This document shows, in pieces, positions 9,416 to 17,311 of a stretch of 64,000 bases of DNA (its first letter is position 1; each line of letters begins with the position of its first letter). Where the stretch lies: the NCBI GenBank assembly GCA_050248855.1, contig JBFWRP010000021.1, positions 1 through 64,000 of the forward strand. Reading direction: 5' to 3'. This DNA comes from Planctomycetota bacterium. Lineage in GTDB: Bacteria > Planctomycetota > PLA2 > JAEUHO01. The notes beneath the pieces were generated by a model, which saw only the letters and a list, made by a program, of their open reading frames with translations, had not been told where the DNA came from and made no database searches. The translations under genes were made by a program, and so were the position numbers.

Positions 9416-10186
9416 TCAGCTGACGGGTGCCCCTCCGTCAGCCCATGTTGCATCGTCGGCGGCGACGTTCACGTCGGCCCCGAGGGTCACCGGGTTTCCG
9501 TTCGGCGTGCCATCGGCACTCACCTGCCCCGAGCCTTCCTCGAAGCGCCAGTACGCAAACAGCCCGGGCTCGTTGCCCGTCAGGATCTGGTGACGCGTGT
9601 CCGCGATCTCGGTCGCCGTCCGAACGACGCTCCAGATCCGCACCTCGTCGATCTCGCCCGCAAAGCTGCCCGACGCAGGCCAGCGTCCGATATGCACGAG
9701 GGAGACGTTGTTCGCGCTTCCGGCATGCGGCGTCGAGTCGACGAGCATGCCGTCGAGGTAGAGGTCGATCGAGACACCGTCGTAGGTCATCGCCAGGTGG
9801 TGCCACGTCCCCACGGAGAGGGCGTCGGCCGGCGTGGAGGCCGCGTTGCACCCGGGTACGCACACGGAGGTGCTGGCACGACCGGGCACGCCATGCGTCA
9901 GGGCGAGGTTCCACGCACCGTCACCCACGAGGATGCCGCCGTAGGAAGACGGGCCGGTCAGGGCATCGGGACGCACCCAAGCCTCGATCGTGACGATCGG
10001 CAGCGACGGGGGGGCCACGAGCGCGCTCCACGCGAACTACTGGTGCCCGTCGACGTGGAGCGCGTGCTGGGAGGGCGGTGGCGGAGGGCCTGACGTCGGG
10101 CTGCCGCCGCCGCAGGCGCCGAGGAGCAGGAGCGAGGCCACTGCCCGCGCGTGTCCGGCGCGGGGTCGATCGGGCAGGGGGCGCAT
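9416..10186 (-). pseudogene. LamG/concanavalin-like domain lipoprotein interrupted by an in-frame TAG
   Basis: LLLLGAC lipobox ORF and LamG ORF ([41 protein letters not shown]) share one frame, separated only by TAG at 10037-10039. Confidence 0.8.
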
Positions 10187-10352
10187 GAGGAGGCTCCAGC
10201 ACGCGCCTTCGGTCCCTCGGGTGCCGAGCCGCGTGCCATTGCTCGGCTGTTCGGCGAGCCCGGACGGGCCCGCATTCCCCCCAAGTGCGGACCCGTCCGC
10301 GGGTCGAACGGGGGCCGCGCGGTCGCGACGCCTGCGGGTAGAACCTCGGGCC

Positions 10353-10841
10353 ATGCACGACCACGGCCCGCCGCCTGCCCGCATCCGCGAGACGATCGAG
10401 CTCTGGGTCTCCGACTTCCTCGATCGCCCGGCTGCCACGGAGCCGGCCGGGCGCGTCGGCCCGCACGCGGGCGCGGTGCTCGTGGCGTTCCTCGAAGCCG
10501 CCTGCCACGGCGACCGCGAGCCGGGTGACATCGAGGGCCATGAGGTGGGCCACGCGCTGCTCGACCACGTGGCGGGACTCGAGCTGCCGCAGGCGACGCA
10601 CGACGCCGTGCCCTCGTTGGTGGCAGCGTTCCTGCAGGACCTGGAAGAGGTCGGTCGCCTGGCGGGGGGCCGGGGCCTTGGCGCGCAGGTTCGCGCGACG
10701 GCCCCCGCCTACCGCGAGCGCGCCGCCCGCGGCGTGCGCGTCGAGCGGCGGGCCGCGCCCAAGGTCGGTCGCAACGACCCCTGTCCTTGCGGCTCCGGTC
10801 GGAAGTACAAGAAGTGCTGCATGGACGTGCTCGGCGGCTGA
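10353..10841 (+). CDS. SEC-C metal-binding motif protein
   Basis: C-terminal [20 protein letters not shown]. Confidence 0.9.
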   Translation: MHDHGPPPARIRETIELWVSDFLDRPAATEPAGRVGPHAGAVLVAFLEAACHGDREPGDIEGHEVGHALLDHVAGLELPQATHDAVPSLVAAFLQDLEEVGRLAGGRGLGAQVRATAPAYRERAARGVRVERRAAPKVGRNDPCPCGSGRKYKKCCMDVLGG

Positions 10842-10863
10842 CCCGCGCACGGGGGGCCGCAGG

Positions 10864-11640
10864 GTGGATGGCACGGCGCTGGCGTTTTCCGTTCCGCTCG
10901 AGCTCTTCGGCCACCACCTGCATCCGCACCCCGTGTTCGAGTCGCTGGCCTATGTCACGGCCTTCGCCGTGTACCGGCACGCCCGCCGGCGCCGCGGCGA
11001 CCCGCTCGGGGATCGCGCGCGGCTTTCCGTGCTGGTGGCCGCCGCCATCGGCGCCCTCATCGGCTCGAAGCTCCTGAACCTCCTCGTGGACCCGGCGGCC
11101 AGCTGGGCGCACCGGGCCGAGCTCATGACGTGGCTCGGTGGCAAGACGATGGTGGGGGGGCTGCTGGGGGGCGTGATCGGTGTCGAGCTCTACAAGAAGA
11201 GGCGCGGCATCCGTGTGCGTACGGGCGATCTGTACGCCGTGCCCCTGCTCGTCGGGATCGCGGTGGGGCGCATCGGGTGCTTCCTCACGGGCCTGGACGA
11301 CCTGACCTACGGCCGCGCGACGTCGCTGCCGTGGGGCATCGACTTCGGCGACGGCATCCGGCGCCATCCCACGCAGCTCTACGAGATCGGGGCCATGGTG
11401 CTGCTGGCCGGCTACGTGGCGTTCCGGGCCCGCCGGCCCCACGCAGAAGGCGACCTGTTCCGCTTGGCGCTCCTCGGCTACCTCGCATGGAGGCTGCTGG
11501 TCGACTTCATCAAGCCCGGCCCTCGCTTCTTCGGGCTGGGTGCGATCCAATGGGCGTGCCTCGCCGGGCTGCTCGTGTATGCGCGCGAGATTCCGCGGTT
11601 GATGGCGCGGAGCCAGGGGGTACCCCATGAGCCGGCGTGA
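10864..11640 (+). CDS. divergent prolipoprotein diacylglyceryl transferase (Lgt) family protein
   Basis: Multi-pass membrane protein; GGLLGG, GRIGCFLTG, LPWG, RHPTQLYE, RLLVDFIK match Lgt-family motifs; GTG start approximate. Confidence 0.88.
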   Translation: MDGTALAFSVPLELFGHHLHPHPVFESLAYVTAFAVYRHARRRRGDPLGDRARLSVLVAAAIGALIGSKLLNLLVDPAASWAHRAELMTWLGGKTMVGGLLGGVIGVELYKKRRGIRVRTGDLYAVPLLVGIAVGRIGCFLTGLDDLTYGRATSLPWGIDFGDGIRRHPTQLYEIGAMVLLAGYVAFRARRPHAEGDLFRLALLGYLAWRLLVDFIKPGPRFFGLGAIQWACLAGLLVYAREIPRLMARSQGVPHEPA

Positions 11641-13051
11641 GCGCCCGTGGACGTACTACGACGTGGCCGTGAGCTTGTGCCCGACGTGCCTGCGCAAGGT
11701 CGAAGGCAAGATCGTGTTGCAGGACGGCAGCGTCTACATGGACAAGCGCTGCCCCGAGCACGGCCCCGTCCGCGTGCTGCTCGCCGACGACGTGGAGTAC
11801 TGGCGTCGTGCGCGTGAGGTGTTCCTCAAGCGCAGCGAGATGCCGCAGCGCTTCCAGACGCCTGTCGAGTACGGATGTCCCTACGACTGCGGGCTTTGCG
11901 CGGATCATGAGCAGCACGCCTGTCTGGCACTGGTCGAGGTCACGGACCGCTGCAATCTGACGTGCCCCATCTGCTATGCGGACAGCGGGCCCGGACGCGG
12001 ACGCCACCGCACGCTGCACGAGATCGAGCGCATGCTCGACGCCGTCGTGCACGCGGAGGGCGAACCCGACGTCGTGCAGATTTCCGGTGGCGAGCCCACG
12101 GTGCATCCGGAGTTCTTCCGCATCCTGGATCTGGCGCGCGAGCGACCCATCCGCCACCTCATGGTCAACACCAACGGTGTGCGCATCGCGAAGGAGGACG
12201 GCTTCGCCGAGCGCCTGGCCACGTACGCACCCGGCTTCGAGCTGTACCTGCAGTTCGATTCGCTGCACGCGGCCCCCTTGCTCGACCTCCGGGGCGAGGA
12301 CCTGCGCGCGATCCACGAGCGTGCGCTCGACCGCCTGGATGCGCTCGACCTGTCCACGACGCTCGTCGTCACCGTCAAGCGCGGGGTCAACGACGACCAG
12401 ATCGGCGAGCTCGTCGAGTACGCGCTGAAGCGACCGTGCGTGCGCGGTGTCACCTTCCAGCCCGTGCAGGTGGCCGGGCGCGTGCAGAACTTCGACCCGG
12501 CGCGTGACCGGCTCACGCTGAGCGAGGTGCGCCGCCGGCTGCTGGAGCAGACCGACGTCTTCCAGCCGGAGGACGTGATCCCGGTCCCCTGCCACCCCGA
12601 CGCCATCGCCATGGCGTATGCGCTGAAGCTGGGGGACAGCGTCCATGCGCTCACCGGCCTCGTCGATCCCGACATCCTGATCCATGGCGGCCGGAGCACG
12701 ATCGCCCTCGAGCGCGATCCCGCGCTGCACCAGGCGCTCGCCGGCTTGTTCTCCGCCGCGCCGGGCCCCGAGGCGCGCGAGCATCGCTTGAAGGACCTGC
12801 TCTGCTGCCTCCCGCGGGTCGAGGGCCCCGAGGGCCTCTCCTACCGCAACGTCTTCCGTGTCATCATCCTGCAGTTCCTGGACGCGTGGTCGCTCGACGT
12901 ACGCAGCGTGAAGCGCGCGTGCGTGCAGATCGTGCACCCGGACGGACGCTTGGTGCCCTTCGACACCTACAACCTGCTCTACCGCGGCGCACTCGAGGCT
13001 GACGTCCTCGAGCCCTTGCGTCGCGCCGCGGCCACGGGGAGCCGCGCGTGA
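11627..13051 (+). CDS. radical SAM protein, tetraether lipid synthase (Tes/GDGT-MAS, MJ0619)-like
   Basis: SLCPTC...CPEHG, GCPYDCGLCADH, CNLTCPIC (SAM cluster), SGGEPT, YLQFD, GVND, FQPV, FLDAWSLD, DGRLVPFDTYN. Confidence 0.9.
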   Translation: MSRRERPWTYYDVAVSLCPTCLRKVEGKIVLQDGSVYMDKRCPEHGPVRVLLADDVEYWRRAREVFLKRSEMPQRFQTPVEYGCPYDCGLCADHEQHACLALVEVTDRCNLTCPICYADSGPGRGRHRTLHEIERMLDAVVHAEGEPDVVQISGGEPTVHPEFFRILDLARERPIRHLMVNTNGVRIAKEDGFAERLATYAPGFELYLQFDSLHAAPLLDLRGEDLRAIHERALDRLDALDLSTTLVVTVKRGVNDDQIGELVEYALKRPCVRGVTFQPVQVAGRVQNFDPARDRLTLSEVRRRLLEQTDVFQPEDVIPVPCHPDAIAMAYALKLGDSVHALTGLVDPDILIHGGRSTIALERDPALHQALAGLFSAAPGPEAREHRLKDLLCCLPRVEGPEGLSYRNVFRVIILQFLDAWSLDVRSVKRACVQIVHPDGRLVPFDTYNLLYRGALEADVLEPLRRAAATGSRA

Positions 13052-13266
13052 CGCCTTCGGAGACCGTCGCCTGTCCGTCGTGCCTGCGGACGATCCAGAT
13101 CAAGGCGGGCCGCTGCCCCGAGTGTGGCGTTCCCTTGGAGCTGGTCGTGGGCGGGCGCCAGCGCCCCTCCGGCGTCGAGGCCCTGCTCAAGGGACTCGCC
13201 GTGATCGGCGTGACCCTGCTGCTCCTGATCATGGCGTGCGCGGCCCTGCTCAGCGGCTCGTGGTGA
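13048..13266 (+). CDS. small Zn-ribbon membrane protein with Cys after the hydrophobic segment
   Basis: GTGA overlap with the radical SAM stop, GGGGAG RBS; CPSC...CPECG, hydrophobic GLAVIGVTLLLLIMA-C-AALLSGSW. Confidence 0.75.
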   Translation: MTPSETVACPSCLRTIQIKAGRCPECGVPLELVVGGRQRPSGVEALLKGLAVIGVTLLLLIMACAALLSGSW

Positions 13267-13365
13267 TGGCTTGGGAGAACCGGCCGGTGCCAGGCTCCTT
13301 GCTGCGAGGCGGTTGGAGCCGCGCCAACGCGAGCCTGGCACCCTCGCGCGCAGGCACCGTGCGCT

Positions 13366-14565
13366 TCAGCTGCCGGCAGAGACCTCGAGCGTGATGGCGA
13401 CGCTTGCCGTCGTGCTGTCGTCGTGCCGCGCCTCCACCATGAACGTCCAGGCGCCGACCGCGGTAGGCGTCCCGACGAGGCGCGCAATGGGACCCGCCAG
13501 CGAGGCGGTGGAGGTGTAGAGCGAGGCTTCGGAGAAGACGCGCTCCGTGGTCGTCACCATCGAAAGACCCGACGGTCCGTACGCGATGGCTTCGAACTGC
13601 TGGAGCGACGGAAGGGCGAGCGTGCAGCGCGCGGCCCCGAACATGCTCTCGAACGGCTGGCCCTGCTGCCGGACATACTCCACGCCGCCGAAGTACGTCC
13701 GCACGACCACGCGACGTCCGTCGCGGGATGCGTCGGCGGCCGTGGCGAACGCGGGCATCGGCCGGCCTGTCGTGATGCGCTCGGCCGTCACGGGCAGGGC
13801 AGCCGTCCACGACGGGTCCAGCGGCAGGGGCAGGCTGAACACGTCGCCGCCCCCGCTTTCGCGCTTCTCCACGAAGTAGGGCTTGCCCGTGTCCGGCGCC
13901 AGGAACAGCGCCTCGCAGTCCACGGCGCCGTCCGGGTACGTGAACGCGAAGGCCTCGAGCGCCACGTCGATCGTGGGCCCGCGCACGGCGGGGACGATCG
14001 GCTCCTCAACGCGCAGCAGCGTCGCATGCGGGCGGTTCGTGCCGTTGTCGCCGACGTCGCCCACGTAGAGGTACTCGAGCGCGGGATCCGGTCCCGGCCC
14101 GAGGGCCAGGTCCTCCCAGTCGACGGCCGTGACGCCGAGGGCGTACGTCTGGCGCAGGACGCCTGCGGTCGTGAGCGCATGAAGCAGGGCGCCGCCCCCG
14201 CTGTCGTCGTGCACCCAGTAGATGCCCGGGTTGCGGCGGCTGACGGCGATGCCCGACACTTCGTCCAGCACGCCGGGCACCGTGTCGTCCAGCGCGCCGG
14301 TGTCCGCGAACGGCGCCCACGTCGGGCACGCGACGTCGGCCTCCAGCCCCAACCCCGGCGGCAGCTCGCCCCCGACGAGGCGCCACGTGAGGCTGCCGGC
14401 GGCGAAGCCCGACGCCAGCAGGTCACGCTCTCCAGCGACACCGCGCACCATGTCGGCCGTACCCGCCAGCTCTATGCGCGCCGCCGGAGCCACCGTGCCT
14501 CCCGAGGACCCACAGCCCGTGGAGGCGATCAGCAAGGCAAGCAGGAGTGCGCGACGGAGGCTCAC
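13366..14565 (-). CDS. lipoprotein: putative Ig (He_PIG-like) domain split by a beta-propeller-like insert
   Basis: STGC lipobox-like motif; TWRLVGGELPPGLGL ... insert (EVSGIAVSRRNPGIYWVHDDSG, DWEDLA, YVGDVGDN) ... LVGTPTAVGAWTFMVEA; GTG start inferred. Confidence 0.82.
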   Translation of the reverse strand: MSLRRALLLALLIASTGCGSSGGTVAPAARIELAGTADMVRGVAGERDLLASGFAAGSLTWRLVGGELPPGLGLEADVACPTWAPFADTGALDDTVPGVLDEVSGIAVSRRNPGIYWVHDDSGGGALLHALTTAGVLRQTYALGVTAVDWEDLALGPGPDPALEYLYVGDVGDNGTNRPHATLLRVEEPIVPAVRGPTIDVALEAFAFTYPDGAVDCEALFLAPDTGKPYFVEKRESGGGDVFSLPLPLDPSWTAALPVTAERITTGRPMPAFATAADASRDGRRVVVRTYFGGVEYVRQQGQPFESMFGAARCTLALPSLQQFEAIAYGPSGLSMVTTTERVFSEASLYTSTASLAGPIARLVGTPTAVGAWTFMVEARHDDSTTASVAITLEVSAGS

Positions 14566-14599
14566 GCCGGACAGGCTACGACCTCGTACGTCGCCTGCC

Positions 14600-15280
14600 T
14601 CAGCGCGCGCCAGGCGCCCGCTCGTAGGCGGAGGTTCCATCCACCTCGATGACCTCGTCGAGCACGCGGATGACTTCGTCCTTGGCGATGTCCAGCGGTC
14701 CTCCCGTCACATGCCAGCGACCGGCCTCGAGGCCGACCAGCGCGATCTCGTCCTGGTTCGCGACGGCCATGTCGCGCCGGTGCGCGGGCCGTCCCTGGAA
14801 CTCGGCGGCAAGCACGAGCATCGGAGTCGGCTTGCCGTCCGCGCCCGGGACACGCAGCACGACGCGGCTCCCCGCGCGCACGTCCACGGGCCCCAACAGG
14901 GCGCCCATCTCGTCGAGCGCGGCCGACTCGATGCGTACCGGCGCCGCGCCGCCGAAGGCGTCGCACCAGACCGTCCACCGACCCGCCTCGTAGCCCGCGA
15001 ATCTCAGGACGAAGCGGCCGCCCTCGACGCCTTCGAGATGACCCGGTAGCTCCCGGGGTGCGACGTCCGGCCGGGCGGGATCGAAGAGCAGCACGCCAGG
15101 GGTCGCGCGCGCTCGCAGCTTCGCGTTCCCGGGCACGAGCTCGACTTCGGCGACGGCGCCCTCGACCAGCTCGAGCCGCACGCCCTCGCGCGGCGTCGAC
15201 AGCTTGACGCGTCCCGTGCGAGCGTCCGGCACGAGGCGCGGGTGGTACGCAACCAGCTCGATGGACGTGGCGCCGTCCGG
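14600..15280 (-). pseudogene. 5'-truncated remnant of a beta-sandwich (carboxypeptidase-regulatory-like) protein
   Basis: Coding-like frame (GLEAGRWHV) that loses plausibility near 15280; no signal peptide or convincing start. Confidence 0.55.
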
Positions 15281-15368
15281 CGAGGGTTCGGGAGTGCTCC
15301 GAGACCTTGCGCAGGATCCGGCGAATCGACTTCAAGATCTCGTAGCCCAGCTCGGTGCGGTCGTCCAC
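15281..15368 (-). pseudogene. N-terminal fragment of a MarR-family regulator
   Basis: MDDRTELGYEILKSIRRILRKVSEHSRTL resembles MarR helix 1; the frame then degenerates with no winged HTH. Confidence 0.6.
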
Positions 15369-15532
15369 GCGTCCATGCTCGCGGCCGTCCTACCCCGACG
15401 CCAGCGAGTTCCTGGGCAAGCGTTCGGACCTGGGCCGGGCGCCGGAGCACCGCTTCGTCGTCCTTGCGTGGTCAACCACGCGGCGTCCTCCTCATCGGCA
15501 CCTGGCATCCCATCCAGGCCCGAACGCACGAG

Positions 15533-15839
15533 CCCCGCCTCCGTACGGGACCCGTCACGCAGGCGCGATTCGCCGGCGAGCGAACGTCGCGCGACCCCGG
15601 ATGTGTCAGGACCCTTGCCGCGGCGCCGCCCAGCGGCAACGTGGGCAAGGTGCCTGACACGTAGGGGGCGCGGTTCGCCGGCAAGCGAACGCCGCAGTTC
15701 GGGATCCGAGTGCAGGCAGAGCGCAAAGAGTATCGTTCCGCGCTCCCGCGCGGATTCGGTGCTCCGGCCTCGCCTGCGCAGCAGGGGGGGCTGTTCCGTA
15801 CCCCCCTGCACCCCTCACGGTCCCCCCTGCACCCCTCAC
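15533..15839. repeat. mosaic REP-like intergenic repeat cluster (copy 1)
   Basis: CCCCGCCTCCGTAC; hairpin 15603-15660; direct repeat GGCGCG(A/G)TTCGCCGGC(G/A)AGCGAACG at 15562 and 15667; 88-bp block 15734-15821 shared with 53582-53669. Confidence 0.85.
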
Positions 15840-16022
15840 CGAGCATCTGGCGAGCGACATGTCCGCACCTCAGGGGCTGAACGCTTTCTCGTGACAGGGG
15901 GACGCCACGGCCGCGCAAGTACGTCTTGCCCGGCGTCGTCCTTGGACGAGGATGGACGAAGCTGGCCGGCTTGGCGGAGGGCGGTTCGGACGTTCCCGGC
16001 GCGGGCTACCCGGAGGTGGACC

Positions 16023-16604
16023 ATGACGTGGCAGTCGGTTGGGCTCGGCGTTCTCCTCGTTGCGACCGCGGGCTGGGGGACGGGGTGCGCGCGCGGACGG
16101 TGCTGCGGGTCATCGCGGCCGATGGCATCGACCGTCGCGCCACGCGCCGCGCCCGAGCTGCTCGTCGTCCACATGTCGACGATTCCTTCGCAGGAACCAG
16201 GGCCCGCCTCCGTGTTGCTCGAGATGCAGCTCGTGCGGCCGCCGGCGGTCGGCACCTGGGCGCCCCTGGCGAGCGCGACGCCCGTGGCGGGCGCGACGGG
16301 GCAGGTGTGGTGGAGCGACGAAGGGCTGCCCGCACGAGCCTCGGGCGCCGAGATCGTGTCCGCGCCGAGCATCCTGGCCCTGCCCGACCAGGACGCGAGC
16401 ATGACCGTCGGGGAGGCCGAGGGCGGCGGAGCCTGGTCGGGCATCGAGATCCGCGTGACCCCGACCTTCGTGGCGAACGAGGTGCGCTTGGTGCTGACGT
16501 ACCGCAAGCTCGAGGGGGGGCGCGTGGTCAGCTCCGTCCCCGAGACGACGCTCCAGGGGCCGTCGGGTCGCACGTTCTTCGTGCAGGCCGGGACGACGCT
16601 GTAG
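16023..16604 (+). CDS. exported protein/lipoprotein with partial secretin-like beta motifs
   Basis: GGAGG RBS; GTGC lipobox-like motif; VLLEMQLV, EIVSAPSILALPDQDASMTVG, GIEIRVTP. Confidence 0.7.
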   Translation: MTWQSVGLGVLLVATAGWGTGCARGRCCGSSRPMASTVAPRAAPELLVVHMSTIPSQEPGPASVLLEMQLVRPPAVGTWAPLASATPVAGATGQVWWSDEGLPARASGAEIVSAPSILALPDQDASMTVGEAEGGGAWSGIEIRVTPTFVANEVRLVLTYRKLEGGRVVSSVPETTLQGPSGRTFFVQAGTTL

Positions 16605-16615
16605 GCATCAAGCGC

Positions 16616-17293
16616 GTGCCCGAGCCGTCGTTCCAAGCGGCACGCACCGCGCTCGAGGCCTGCGCGGCACGACACGCGGCCGTGGCGCCCCCGGACGTCA
16701 CCCACGTCTACCTGCGACAGGTCGGTGAGCTGAGGACCAAGCCCGGTGGCCGCTGGATGCCGTTTCGCGCCACGCAGTCCCTCGCCGTCGACCGCGTCGC
16801 GTTCCAGTGGCGGGCCCGACTGCGCGTGGCCCGGGTCGTGCCCATCGTCGTCACGGATGCGTACGACGGAGCCTCCGGCGCCGCGAGCGTTCGGCTGGCC
16901 GGCATCGTGCCGCTTCGCCGCGCTGCGGGGCCCACGATCGACCAGGCCCAGGTCCAGCGGTACCTGGCCGAGACGGCGTGGAACCCGCTCGCCTTCGCTC
17001 GCGTGGCGGGACTTCGCTTCGCAGCGGGCGAGGGCGGAAGCGTGCGCGTGGGCTGGGGGCCGTCCGCCGCCCACGTGGACCTGTCCTGCGACAGCGAGGG
17101 GCGCATCGTGCGCACCTTCACGCGGACGCGGCCGTACGACGGCGGTGTGCCCGCGCCTTGGGAGGGCCGCTACCTCTCCTACGGCGACCTCGGTGGGTAC
17201 CCCGTGCCCCGCGAGGCCGAGGTCACATGGCATCTGGAGGACGGCCCCTTCACGTGCTGGCGAGGCCGTGTGACGTCCTATGCGCTGCGGTGA
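16616..17293 (+). CDS. DUF6544/DUF6920-like protein
   Basis: LRQVGELR..WMPFRATQ, FQWRAR, DAY, RYLAETAWNP, PWEG, VPREAEVTW. Confidence 0.78.
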   Translation: MPEPSFQAARTALEACAARHAAVAPPDVTHVYLRQVGELRTKPGGRWMPFRATQSLAVDRVAFQWRARLRVARVVPIVVTDAYDGASGAASVRLAGIVPLRRAAGPTIDQAQVQRYLAETAWNPLAFARVAGLRFAAGEGGSVRVGWGPSAAHVDLSCDSEGRIVRTFTRTRPYDGGVPAPWEGRYLSYGDLGGYPVPREAEVTWHLEDGPFTCWRGRVTSYALR

Positions 17294-17311
17294 GCCGATC
17301 GGGGCCCTTGC

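Noticed and set aside
10037..10039. Genome-wide TAG reassignment
   Set aside because: Many well-defined genes in the window end at TAG at the expected position (e.g. 47, 24403, 42593, 45186).
13266..13394. Possible fourth coupled ORF (TGATG overlap; MAWENRPV..., 42 aa) after the Lgt/Tes-like operon
   Set aside because: No RBS, atypical codon usage, no motif, and it overlaps the end of the convergent gene.
15533..15839. Repeat clusters considered as a CRISPR array or IS element
   Set aside because: No regularly spaced identical repeats with unique spacers, no cas gene and no transposase ORF.
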